Of a DNA stretch of 64,000 nt, positions 26,301 to 39,616 are shown in pieces (position 1 is the stretch's first letter; every line of letters starts with the position of its first letter). This stretch comes from Eledone cirrhosa. Lineage: Eukaryota. The DNA is taken from positions 16,802,001 through 16,866,000 of the forward strand of contig OZ024743.1 in NCBI GenBank assembly GCA_964016885.1, read 5' to 3'. The translations under genes were made by a program, and so were the position numbers. The notes beneath the pieces were generated by a model. It saw nothing but the letters and a program-made list of their open reading frames with translations. It did not search any database and was not told where the DNA came from.

Positions 26301-26766
26301 TAATCCCCACAATCCCAGCGTGCATCTAAGGTCCAGTTCCAGTCGCCCACTAACACTAAAGAGCGGGACGTTCCAAGAAAGGTCTCCAGACGCCGGAAGA
26401 AATCAGGCCGCCCTGCCTTTGTCGAGGCATAGCTGGCCACTAGCCTGATAGCTTGCCCGTCTGCGCTGGTCACGTCCAGCACCACCACCTTACCCTCTGG
26501 GTCCAGGAAGATGGCCCGTATGGCGAGATCCAAACCTCTCCGAAAAAGCACAGTAACTCCCCCCCACCCGATCCAGGTCGGCTGGGAGATGCGTACACAT
26601 CGTAGCCGCCGATGATCGGTGCGAAGGCCCGTGCTTCGGAGATTCTGGTCTCGCTGATGGCCACTACATCTATGTTTAGTGACCTGAGGTCGTTGAGCAG
26701 GTGACCCTGCTTCCATGACGACCCCAAGCCACGCGCATTTATGCTGCCTATTCTGAGTGAGGTCAT
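23353..26766 (-). pseudogene. ORF2 (APE endonuclease-RT-zinc finger) of copy A, broken
   Basis: Fragments 26470-26766, 24381-25790 (QGCPLS, YADD), 23798-24460 and 23353-23862 match the intact ORF2 with frameshifts and stops. Confidence 0.92.
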
Positions 26767-26801
26767 GTTTAAAATAGAGTGGAAAAGATGGGAAAGACCA
26801 C

Positions 26802-28874
26802 TTACCGTACTTTTCGTAGAGGAGGGATGGTTTTTACATCCCTTTTCCCTTGATCGTCTGGTGAAGGGACCGTTGAATCGTCCCTTCGGCTGGTCGTCGG
26901 CTCTTCTATGAGTATGTCTGAATATACTCTTCGATTGATAGTTCCTCCTAGGTCCCTGAAATCACCAACTGCGTTGGGGAATTTCGTTTTAATGTTTGTG
27001 TATTGTTTCTGTGATATTTTTAGCAGTCTTATGTTAGTTGGCGTTTTGATTGGTGCTGGTATTATGTAGTCGTGTTGTGAAATGTCTGTGTGTTCAATTA
27101 TGTAAGTCATTAGTTTCTTGTTGTGTGTATTTATTGCCGTGCATTTGTTTTTCTGGGGGTGGGGTGTGGTTCTGCTATTTTCTTGTCGTTGTTGCTGGGT
27201 GTGTGTGTTTTGTTGTTGTGTTTGCGATGTTGGTGCTTGTGGTGGTGGTGTTGAAGGTGTTGTTGGCGGTGGGGTTGTCGCCGGTGGTGATGGTGGTGAT
27301 GGTGGTGCTGGTGTGGGTGGTGATGGTGTTGGTGGTGTTGCTGCTGTGAGTCTCTTTGCAGTAGACTTTACCCTTTTCTCATTTCTTTCCTCCCTTTTCA
27401 AAGGCGACGATGCGCTGCTTCTGCGTTTGTGCCTTCTTACGACCTTTTGCCATCTCTCTCCCACCTCACACTCCATGTCTGATTCTGTGAGGTCGGGGAG
27501 GGGTACCAGCTCCACTCTTTCACTTGTTGTTGTTGGTGATGTTTGCACTGGAGTCTCTGTTGCAGCTACATTTGGTATTGCTGTTGTTGTTGTTAATATT
27601 TCCACTGCTGCTGCTGTTTTTGATTTCCGTGGCGTGGGTATGGGTGCCACGGAGCTATCGTTCCTGGTTGCCGCTTGTCCTGTTGCTGGTAGCCGTGGAG
27701 CCGGTTTCGGAAGGAGGGGAGTTTTCTCCTTTCTCAGGATCTTCTCGTTGCAGATGGCCATGAGGTGAGTCTTCGATCCACAGCGAAAGCATTTCGGGAG
27801 TTTTCCCTCAACACTTATGGGCAGTTGAGTGCCGTTATCGACGTCTATCACACCCGGGAAAGATTCGATACACTCCTGGTTGGTTTGGATTAGCATCTCA
27901 ATGGAGGTGCCGACACAATCTTCTCTTACTTCTTTCTGTACTTGAAGTACAGTTGTTTTGTCCTTGATTCAGACGAGGACAGACGCGGCCAGCCAAGAAG
28001 GGGCCATCCCGGGGGGGACGTGGGTCAGTTTGACCCTCACAATTTTTTGCCCGCAGTATGAGGGCACCAACACCATTTCCTCGCTCCTTAGGCTCACTAC
28101 AGATTGAGCCTTTGCCTCCTGGGGTGTGGCAAAAAGTACGTCTACGGTGGCATATTTTTTGCCTCGGGTGATGTGCGTTTTCCGCTGCCACACAGACCCC
28201 AAGGCTTTTTGTATTTGAGCCTCTGTGGCTCTTTCAACCCTACGGGATTTTGTACTTACTGTACGGTACGTGACCGTACAGTGCTGTTGGGTTTCGAAAA
28301 CATTTTCCGGTGCCTTGCAGACTGCTTGGTGTCCAGTCTTTGTCACCATCTTCTTCGCTTCCTCTAATTCCTCATTTGTTATGAGGATTGTTTCCAGGTT
28401 CTTCGCAATACCTGCAAATGAGATTGGTTTTTCTTTGCTGCTGTTGTTGATATTGTCGTCAGAGCTGCTGTTACTTTTGTTGTTGCGGCTGCTGCTGTTG
28501 TTGTTGCTGCTAATACTGTTGTTGTTTATGCTGCTGCTGATGCTGTTGCGGCTGCTCCTGTTCTTTTCATTGTCACTGTTGCTGCTGTTATTACGGCTGC
28601 TACTGCTAATATTCCTGACGTCAGACGAGTGAAATGGGTTTTCGTATTTCCCGCACACCTTTTTCGTATTTGTCGTCGTCGTCGTGGAGAAATCTTGCTC
28701 GCTTTGCACGTGATTTTTCTTTTCTAGCGTCGCTTGCGAAATAGAAGGGAGGGAGAGAGACACATTTAGAGAAGGGAGGGAGAGAGACAATCTTCTCTCT
28801 GCTGTAGTGACGATTGAGGAAGTAGAAGACGGAATAAGTGGGAGTGACCTATGAAAATTATCTTCCGTAGCCAT
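26802..28874 (-). pseudogene. ORF1 (gag-like, CCHC knuckle) of copy A, premature stop at 27969
   Basis: MATEDNFH start, CFRCGSKTHLMAIC knuckle. TGA where copies B and C have GGA. Confidence 0.88.
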
Positions 28875-29115
28875 GTTGTTTTTTTGTTTAAAATATATAT
28901 TGGGCACAAAACCCCAATAGGCGGTTATTTAACCCCGAAGGGCCAAATAACGGGAAGAAAGACCCCACTCACGAGGAGGAGGGTGTTTTTGTTTACAAGT
29001 TCGTTAAAGTTTTAAACAATTTACAATTGTTATAGCGGTCAAAATGTACAATATTTTACAGAGCCGGACCTCCGTCAACCATAGCATTCAATAATAATAA
29101 TAATAATAATAATAA

Positions 29116-30912
29116 TTGACATGGTGCCTCATTCTTGGATCACCAAAAGCCTGGAGATCTTCAGGGTGGCAGATAACATCAGACAGTTGCTAGGCAGGAG
29201 TATGGGGTCCTGGGAGACAGAGTTGACATCAACTGGAGTATCCTTGGGAAGCGTGAAGATCAAGAGAGGTATCTTCCAGGGAGATAGCCTGTCCCCTCTG
29301 TTGTTTGTCCTTGCCCTGATGCCCTTGACCATTATGCTGCGAAATGTGAGAGCAGGATACAAGTTGGGAAAGGGAGAGCTTACCATCAATCACCTCCTCT
29401 TCATGGACGATCTTAAGCTCTTCGAGAAAAGTGAGAAGGAGTTGGATGTGCTTGTTGACACTGTCCGTATATTTAGCAGTGATATATGTATGCAGTTTGG
29501 TATTAGTAAATGTGGAGTCATTGTGATGAGGAGGGGTAGGTTGAGCAGAAGTAACGGTATCCAGATACCAACAGGTGAGATGATAAAGGAAATTGACTCT
29601 GAGGAAGGATACAAGTATTTGGGCGTTCTGGATGCTGATGGCATAAAGAACAAAAAAATGAAGGAATTGTTAAGAACTGAATACATTCGGAGAGTAAGGA
29701 GCGTATTGAAGTCACATCTGAACAGCAGAAATGCCATAAGCGCAGTAAATTCCCGAGCTGTGTCTATTATTAGGTACAGTGCGGGAATTCTGAGATGGAA
29801 TGTTGCTGAACAAAAAGAAATGGATAGGAAGACTAGGAAGCTATTGACTATCTACAACATGTTCCACAAGAGGAGTGATGTCGATAGACTCTACCTAAGG
29901 AGATCTGAGGGTGGAAGAGGTCTTATCAGCATAGAGGACTGTGTTCAGATGGAGAAAAACAACCTATACAAATACGTGACCTATAGTAAGGAGCCAATGC
30001 TCAGAACTGTACTGAAGGAGGGGACAGTAGGCCAGGGGATGTCCAATGAGGAAATAACATCAAGGAGGAAGAGCAGCCTTAAGGGAAAATCCCTTCATAG
30101 TACCTTCTTTGAGAAAACTGAATTTAGAGATCCACAGACATGGAACTGGTTCAGAAGAGGAGACCTCAAAAAGGCTACAGAAGGAATGCTAATGGCCGCG
30201 CAGGAGCAGGCCCTCAAAACGAAGTGGTTGAAGCACCATATTTACAAGGAGGAGGCTAGCCCACTGTGCAGGATCTGTGGAGAGAGAGAGGAGACTGTGG
30301 CTCACATTGTGTCCGAGTGTAAACACCTAGCCCAGACCCACTCTAAGGGCTGGAGACACGATGTGATGGGAGGGTGATCCACTGGCACCTGTGCAAAGTA
30401 AACAATTTACCACATTCTTAGAAATGGTATGAGCATAGGCCAGAGGCAGTGATGGAGAACAATCAGGTGAAGGTGCTGTGGGATTTTAGGATACAGACGG
30501 ACAAAAAACTGGAACACAATAGACCTGACCTGGTGGTTGTGGACAAAGAAAAAAGATCGTGTCTGATTGTGGATGTGGCCTGCCCTTTCGACACGAGAGT
30601 GCAAGAGAAGGAGAGGGAGAAAATTAACCGATACCAGGACCTAAAGTGGGAGGTGAAAAGGATTTGGAACTGCCATGAAGTCAAAGTGATCCCGATTGTC
30701 ATAGGCGCACTGGGGACTATCTCCAAAAGTTTCCAGGGATGGTTAAAGAAAATCGGCCCCTTCACGCTTTTTGGAACGCTTCAAAAGGCATGCTTGCTTG
30801 GAACAGCAAGAACCCTCCGATACGTCCTGAATATCTGAGGCTGCTGGTAGTGGCTTGATATTCATTCCAACGGACTTTCCAGTTAACCAACATCAATGAC
30901 TGAGATTCAAGG
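29116..30912 (+). mobile_element. R4/Dong-clade element family B, 5'-truncated copy
   Basis: [50 protein letters not shown] (restriction-like endonuclease). Frameshift near 30370. Starts inside RT directly after (AAT)n. Confidence 0.93.
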
Positions 30913-30924
30913 AATAACAACAAC

Positions 30925-30989
<65 letters not shown>

Positions 30990-30990
<1 letters not shown>

Positions 30991-33900
30991 CGGAATACTC
31001 CTACTGTTGGCCCTCCATGCTCTCCACCAAGAAATCCAAAGAAAAAGGGAGAAAAATGGTCAAGGGAAGATAATAAAGAAGTCCTTGAGGCTTTCTACAC
31101 TGCCATGTACTACCCATCAAATACATCGAATACAGAACAAACATATATCAACTGGAAAAAGAAACATCCCGAAAACAGAGGCTATATTGATAGTAACAAA
31201 CTAGCCAATATACGAAGAAATATTGTAAGAAAAAAGTTACTAACTGATATAGAAATTGATCACATCAAGCTAGTAGCACAAAGTCAGCGAAGGGAAAATG
31301 AAGCATGTGTCAGTGAAAACGAGGTAAACTGTAACACTTCGAATCCCAGGGTTGGGGCGGAATCACTGGCAACAGAACAAATTAAAGAAAGGAGCGAAAA
31401 AGTGGAGGGAGTGCATGCTCAGGATGAAACTCCAAATGAAAATAATGAGATCGTAAATGATAAAGAAATGAAAGAGAATGAACTTGCTAACTTGAAGGAT
31501 GAAATTATGATCGAATGGATGAAAATGAAAGAATCTGACATGGGGGAACGAGACACCCTCCCTAAGATTCAGAACTCCAAACAGAACCAAAAGATAATAC
31601 ACAAGACTAACCTAATTCTCAAAAACATTACCATCACAAACAAACTAAACATTACTGACTTAAATCATCTCTATTATGCATCGGCTAAAGTCACCACTCA
31701 CTTATGTGGAGTGAAGATGAAAAAACAAAGGAATTCCCACAAGAAATCTACTTGGCAAGATAACATCAATCGCCAAATAAACCTTCTCCGATCTGACATA
31801 GAAATTTTAACAAACTATAAAGTAGGTGAACATGTTAAACAAACTAAACTTAGAAAATTGAAAAAAAAGTACAGTATAAGATCAACATGTGACATAGACA
31901 TGCTGATAGAAACAATCATGCAAAAAGTGTCGGCCAAAGCTGCTCGTATAAGGCGCTTTGAAAAACGATCTAGATTCTATAAGGACAATAATATGTTCAA
32001 AAACAACCAAAGAAACTTCTACAGAAAAATTGGTAAGTCAACAATAACTGCTAAATCAATACCACCCAAGGAGGAAGTGCAAGAATTCTGGGAAAAGATC
32101 TGGGCCGAAGAAAAAGTTCATAACATACATGCCCCATGGATAGACAGACAAATGAAAGAAACAGCTCACCTTGAAGAACAAACATGGGAAATATTGAACA
32201 GCTGCGCTTGGCTCTAAGAAAAACCAGCAAATGGAAATCCCCAGGAAAAGACAAAATACAAAACTTTTGGATAAATGCCTTCACAGAGTCTCATGAGCTG
32301 TTAGCCCAACTTTACAATGAAATAGTTAAGGAGCCAGAAAAGATACCATCATGGCTAGTTAACGGCATTACATTCCTGCTACCGAAGAATGATGAGACAA
32401 ACAATCCCAAAAATTACAGACCGATAACCTGCTTGACCACAATGTATAAAATTTTAACATCAGTCCTAACTGAATACACATATGACCACCTGATAACAAA
32501 TGACCTATTTCCCATTGAGCAGAAAGGGTGTAAACGAGGCTCATATGGCTGTAAGGATCAGCTTCTGGTTAACAAAATGATACTGGAAGATTGTCATAAT
32601 AGACACAAAAATCTATCGATTGCTTGGATAGATTATAAAAAAGCATTTGATAGTTTGCCACACAGTTGGATTAAAAAATGTTTAGAGATTTTCAAAATAT
32701 CCCCCGTTGTCAGGAGGTTTTTGTCATTCAGTATGAGGACATGGAGAACGACACTCCTTTTGAATAGTGAAACAAAATCACTGGAAGCTGGAGAAGTTAA
32801 CATTAATTGTGGAATTTTTCAGGGTGACTCTTTATCACCGCTTTTATTCTGCATCGCACTTATAACATTAAGTAAAATGCTCAATGAAACAAAACATGGA
32901 TATAGAGTCTATGACAAAACCATTAATCACCTGTTCTGCATGGATGACCTGAAACTATTTGCAAAAAATGATGAACAATTGCAAGGGCTATTATCCACTG
33001 TGAAGCAGTTCAGTGATGACATTAAAATGGAGTTTGGACTGGATAAATGTGCCAAAGCAACGTTCACCAGAGGAAAGCTGCTGAAGAGTTCAGACATTAA
33101 TCTTGATCGGGGGAACGTGATAAGAGAGCTTGATCAAGAACAAACTTACAAATATCTAGGTGTTTGTGAAGGAGACGGAATCAAGCACTCGACAATGAGG
33201 GAAAGGATAAGGAAGGAATGTTACCGCAGAGTCAGAGCAATCTTAAGAACGGAATTGAATGCAAGGAATAGGATCGATGCCATAAACACGCTTGCCATAC
33301 CAGTAGTAACCTACAGTTACAATGTCATCAACTGGTCAAGCACAGAGATCCGTAGGCTCGATACAAAAATCCGAAAATTCTTAACCATGCACAGAATGCA
33401 TCACCCTAAGGCAGACATAGATAGAATATATCTCCCTAGGAAAGAAGGAGGACGTGGGTTAATCCAGTTAGACATTGCGTTGAAAACTGCAACAATTGGA
33501 TTATCCACATATCTAAGGGAATCACATGATTGGATGATCAAACTCGTTTTCAAACACGAAAGCACCAAAAGATCATATTCCATTACAAAAGATGCACAAA
33601 GATACAGTAATGGACTACAAATTTCAGAAGTCCCATTTACTGCTGAAATGGAAAACACAGAAAAAGCAAAGCAGGTAAAAGTAACTGCAAAGAAAGAACT
33701 GCTACAGAAACTGGCTAAGAAATGGCAAGAAAAGCCTCTGTATGGAAAATACCCAGAGCGAGCTAACAATCCTGATGTTGACAAAACTTTAACCCATCAG
33801 TGGTTGGCATCCTCTGGACTGAAATCGGAGACTGAAGGACTGATTATATCCGCACAAGATCAGTGTCTGCCAACAAAAAATTACCAAGCCAACATAATAA

Positions 33901-34627
33901 AAAATGGGTGCAGCCCATTATGCCGTGTATGCAAAAAACCACCAGAGACCATTGACCATATAATTTCAATGTGCAGTCCTATAGCTCCAACCGAATACCT
34001 AAACAGGCATGACAGAGCTGCACAATACATACATTGGATAATGTGTAAGCATTTTGACCTGCCCCATCAAAAGAATTGGTGGGAACATCAACCACCTCCC
34101 ATACTTGAAAAAGATCACATCTCAATCTTGTGGAACTTTAGCATCCAAACAGACCGAAAAAAAGATGCAAATAGACCTGATATAATATTGAAGGACTTTC
34201 AAAGGAGGGTATGCCTGCTAATTGATATGTCTGTTCCAATAGACAAGAATGTATCTATAAAAACATTTGAAAAATTGATCAAGTATAAGGACCTGGAGAT
34301 AGAAATTGGAAAAATGTGGAAATTGAGAACTAAAACAATACCAGTGGTTGTAGGCGCTCTGGGAATGATACCTAAGGGGTCTAACGACTACTTATCGCAA
34401 ATCCCAGGAAACCCGCGTATAGGAGAAATACAAAAGATAGTACTAATGGGAACTGCCCATATACTAAGGAAGATCCTGTCAATATAAGTACATCACAAGT
34501 CTAAACACTAAGGATGCATGTGTGAATATGTATGTTCTTTCTTGAACATGGCGGACCTTGTTGTCTCTTGAGGTCACTGGTTGTGACTTGGTGATAACTC
34601 GTATAAACATAAAGCAAGATAAATGCA
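30990..34627 (+). mobile_element. R4/Dong-clade element family A, near full-length, frameshifted
   Basis: ORFs 31105-32217 and 32184-34487 form one R4-type protein. Flanked by (AAT)n. Confidence 0.93.
31105..34487 (+). pseudogene. Family A polyprotein (N-terminal domain, RT, CCHC, PD-(D/E)xK endonuclease), frameshift near 32190
   Basis: [79 protein letters not shown]. Confidence 0.9.
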
Positions 34628-34660
<33 letters not shown>

Positions 34661-34663
<3 letters not shown>

Positions 34664-34960
34664 CTATAACAATACCAGTGGTTGTAGGCGCTCTGGGAAT
34701 GATACCTAAGGGGTCTAACGACTACTTATCGCAAATCCCAGGAAACCCGCGTATAGGAGAAATACAAAAGATAGTACTAATGGGAACTGCCCATATACTA
34801 AGGAAGATCCTGTCAATATAAATACATCACAAGTCTAAACACTAAGGATGCATGTGTGAATATGTATGTTCTTTCTTGAACATGGCGGACCTTGTTGTCT
34901 CTTGAGGTCACTGGTTGTGACTTGGTGATAACTCGTATAAACATAAAGCAAGATAAATGT
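34661..34960 (+). mobile_element. Family A 3'-terminal 300-bp copy
   Basis: Near-identical to 34328-34626, flanked by (AAT)n. Confidence 0.93.
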
Positions 34961-34961
34961 A

Positions 34962-35017
<56 letters not shown>

Positions 35018-38000
35018 GGGAAGAAGAGGCACGAGGTGACGGAGGTCATGAAATCGCCCCCGTAAGTTTTGAATTTTTAACATATTTAAATCATTTGTGA
35101 AATAACAACTCTTAGTACAAATGCTACGTAAAGCACCCGGCTTGAGCCCCAAAAAGTTCGGACCCAAAATATATTGTTATAAGGCTCAAATATTCAAATA
35201 TTCAACTTTGTATTGTACACTGTATATCCAAAAAAGAAAATGGCTATAAATGGAAGAAGAACCCCCCCCCCCCATCCTCCTCTGTCTACACTATATAGAA
35301 CAGCCAAACTCACCAACACCAGAAACTAGATACACCACCCACCTCATCACCTGTGTACACTAAACCACCACCGCTCACTACGGCCATCATTACAACAATA
35401 ATCCCATCACCGCCGCCACCACCCCTTCACTCCTTCACTTCTACCACCGCTACAGCACCATCACTACAGTAATACGGTCACATCACCGCCACCACTGCCT
35501 CGGTATCGACATCACCACCACCACTGTCTCAGTATCGCTACCGCCGCCTGTCTCCCACTTAATCTAGCTGGCTGCTGCCACCACATTATAGAATCCCTAC
35601 TGCTAAAAAAGAGGAAGGCATCAAAATATATAGATAGACTCAAAAGAAAAAAGAAAAAACAAACAACAAAACCAAAGCAGCACAGCAACAACAGCAAAAA
35701 ACGAGAAAAACAAACATAGAAAAAAAAAAAAAAAAAAAAAACCCCTAAAAACGTAAAGAAAATAAGAATGAAGAGAGAAGCAGGTGGACGGACAGAGAAG
35801 AGGGGGAAAAACTAAAGCTTAAAAAACAAAAGCTAAGTCAGACATTCGAACACTACATTACAATGAAACTTATGCTTATTCATTTTTGGGGAACTTTCTG
35901 CCTGTGTGTTTGTTTGTTTATGTGTGTTAGTATACAGCGTGGTGATAATGCCACACAAGGGCCAAGTGGGATGGCGGATCCACAGATGGCTATGTAACTA
36001 TACATTCGCCAATCCTCGATAAGAGTGTTTAAATATCGAACATAAACAGTTCGAATAACGGTGAAATGGAGACTAGAACGTCATGTGACAGACTCTCACC
36101 CAACAGGTGCCCCCTGGCTCAGCAGCAGGAACATGACTGTCAACCAAATACTGCTGATGTTGGAGGAAGAAGAAGAAGGAAAGGGGCCAGAACCAACTGG
36201 ACGAAAGAATTGAATAGAACTGTTATGCAATGCTACCTGAAAAGTAACCCCAAGGAGAGGGGCTACAGGAGACGGATGCATAACATCTGGAACGAGATTG
36301 GTTTATTTAAATTAGATGAACAAAAATTGGCCGGGCAGGCTCGGGTGATAAGAACTAATGGGTGGATAAGCGAGCTGGAACTGGAGGAACTGAGCAGAGA
36401 GAATGGCTTGGAGATGGCGGGTGTAGTATGCCAGACAAGCGAGCCGGTGGGAAATGAAGGTGAGGAGGTCCTGAGAACGGAGGAACCACCCGAAGCAGAC
36501 AATGATCTGAATACTGAGATAAATAATACCTGGAACAGAGATACGGCCACTGAGGAGATGAATGCTGACGGGCTAGGACAAGATTCGGTTGACATCCTAA
36601 ATTTAGTGGTAGATGAATTGAACAATGATAGTGGGAGACCTATGAACCTAAGATTTGTAGACAGGAAAAAGTTAAAAGAAACAACAGCTAAGGTAAACAA
36701 AGTCATCCCATACCTTGAGGCGAGGAGCCTTCACCAGTGCAACAATATCCTCAAAGCAACAGCAAATACGGTGAGGAAACTACTTGGTATAAAAGCGAGA
36801 GGAAACAACAGACAAGAAAGAGCAGAGCCATGGTGGAAGAAGCGACTGAGTGGGCAAATCGGGGAAATGAGAAATGACATAGGAAAGCTTGAGTCACTAC
36901 TGAATGGGACACTAAAAAACATAGGCACTAAAAATAGACTGGAAATAAAATACAAAACTAGGAGTAAAAAGCTAAATATTAACATGGAGGAATTGAAGCA
37001 ACGCATTGTAGCAAAGAGTGCAAAAATCAGGCGATACGAGAACAGAGTCAGTCAGTATAAACAGAACCGCATGTTCGACAACAACCAGAAGATGCTGTTT
37101 GGACAGCTTGAGGGGAAAGAAAGAGGCAACGACTTGATCCCTGGGGCGGAACAAACTAAAACATTCTGGAGAGGAATATGGGAGCAGGATGTTAGACACA
37201 ATGCCCAGGCAGGGTGGATTGAGGCAGTACAGAGGGAGATCGGTGAGCAGGCACAACAACAGACTGATTTGAGTATCACAGTTGAAACTCTTAAGGGGCA
37301 AGCCAAAAAACTAACCAACTGGAAATCACCAGGCCCAGATGGTGTGCAGGGGTATTGGATTAAACATTTAACATCCCTCCACCCGAAGCTGACGGCCATG
37401 TTCAATGACTGCTTGGTGTCGGGTGAGGTGCCAGAGTGGTTGACAAAAGGTACCACAGTTCTGATAATGAAAGACCGAATCAAGGGTAATGATGTTACCA
37501 ACTATAGATATATCACATGTCTGCCCGTAATGTGGAAACTGTTGACGAGCATTGTGTCTGAGGAAATCTACCATCACCTCCACACAAACAACTTGTTCCG
37601 GACGAACAGAAAGGATGCCGAAAGAAGTCACGTGGTACAAAGGACCAGTTGCTTATTGATAATATGGTAATGGGGAATTGCAGGAGGAGACACACTGATC
37701 TTGCCATGGGATGGATAGACTACAGAAAGGCATTTGACATGGTGCCTCATTCCTGGATCACCAAAAGCCTGCAGAACTTCAGGGTGGCAGATAACATCAG
37801 ACAGTTGCTAGGCAGGAGTATGGGGTCCTGGGAGACAGAGCTGACATCAACTGGAGTATCCTTGGGAAGCGTGAAGATCAAGAGAGGTATCTTCCAGGGA
37901 GATAGCCTGTCCCCTCTGTTGTTTGTCCTTGCCCTGATGCCCTTGACCATTATGCTGCGAAAAGTGAGAGCAGGATACAAGTTGGGAAGGGGAGAGCTTA

Positions 38001-39531
38001 CCATCAATCACCTCCTCTTCATGGACGACCTTAAGCTCTTCGGGAAAAGTGAGAAGGAGTTGGATGTGCTTGTTGACACTGTCCGTATTTTCAGCAGTGA
38101 TATATGTATGCAGTTTGGTATTGGTAAATGTGGAGTCATTGTGATGAAGAGGGGTAGGTTGAGCAGAAGTAACGGGATCCAGATACCAACAGGTGAGATG
38201 ATAAAGGAAATTGACTCTGAGGAAGGATACAAGTATTTGGGCGTTCTGGAGGCTGATGGCATAAAGAACAAAAAAATGAAGGAATTGTTAAGAACTGAAT
38301 ACATTCGGAGAGTAAGGAGCGTATTGAAGTCACATCTGAACAGCAGAAATGCCATAAGCGCAGTAAATTCCCGAGCTGTGTCTATTATTAGGTACAGTGC
38401 GGGAATTCTGAGATGGAATGTTGCTGAACAAAAAGAAATGGATAGGAAGACTAGGAAGCTATTGACTATCTACAACATGTTCCACAAGAGGAGTGATGTC
38501 GATAGACTCTACCTAAGGAGATCTGAGGGTGGAAGAGGTCTTATCAGCATAGAGGACTGTGTTCAGATGGAGAAAAACAACCTATACAAATACGTGACCT
38601 ATAGTAAGGAGCCAATGCTCAGAACTGCACTGAAGGAGGGGACAGTAGGCCAGGGGATGTCCAAGGAGGAAATAACATCAAGGAGGAAGAGCAGCCTTAA
38701 GGGAAAATCCCTTCATAGTACCTTCTTTGAGAAAACTGAATTTAGAGATCCACAGACATGGAACTGGTTGAGAAGAGGAGACCTCAAAAAGGCTACAGAA
38801 GGAATGTTAATGGCTGCGCAGGAGCAGGCCCTCAAAACGAAGTGGTTGAAGCACCATATCTACAAGGAGGAGGCTAGCCCACTGTGCAGGATCTGTGGAG
38901 AGAGAGAGGAGACTGTGGCTCACATTGTGTCCGAGTGTAAACACCTAGCCCAGACCCACTATAAGGGCTGGAGACACGATGTGATGGGCAGGGTGATCCA
39001 CTGGCACCTGTGCAAAGTAAACAATCTACCACATTCTGAGAAATGGTATGAGCATAGGCCAGAGGCGGTGATGGAGAACAATCAGGTGAAGGTGCTGTGG
39101 GATTTTAGGATACAGACGGACAAAAAACTGGAACACAATAGACCTGACCTGGTGGTTGTGGACAAAGAAAAAAGATCGTGCCTGATTGTGGATGTGGCCT
39201 GCCCGTTCGACACGAGAGTGCAAGAGAAGGAGAGGGAGAAAATTAACCGATACCAGGACCTAAAGTGGGAGGTGAAAAGAATTTGGAACTGCCATGAAGT
39301 CAAAGTGATCCCCATTGTCATAGGCGCACTGGGGACTATCTCCAAAAGCTTCCAGGGATGGTTAAAGAAAATCGGCCTCTTCACGCTTTTTGGAACGCTT
39401 CAAAAGGCATGCTTGCTTGGAACAGCAAGAACCCTCCGATACGTCCTGAATATCTGAGGCTGCAGGTAGTGGCTTGATATTCAATCCAACGGACTTTCCA
39501 GTTAACCAACATCAATGACTGAGATTCAAGG
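35018..39531 (+). mobile_element. R4/Dong-clade element family B, full-length copy 1
   Basis: Starts GGGAAGAAG after (AAT)n, about 1.05-kb leader, ORF 36066-39457, 3' end GAGATTCAAGG then AATAACAAC(AAT)n. Confidence 0.94.
36066..39457 (+). pseudogene. Family B polyprotein (RT plus restriction-like endonuclease), single frameshift at about 37597
   Basis: ORFs 36066-37670 and 37649-39457 join as LF[P][20 protein letters not shown] if one C is added. Confidence 0.9.
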
Positions 39532-39546
39532 AATAACAACAACAAC

Positions 39547-39616
<70 letters not shown>

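Larger units (their letters stand above)
23103..29089 (-). mobile_element. Full-length L1/Tx1-clade non-LTR retrotransposon, copy A (decayed)
   Basis: Collinear with 44202-50222. 5' end GAATGCTATGG, 3' end AATAAAGAAATC, flanked by (AAT)n on both sides. Confidence 0.93.
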
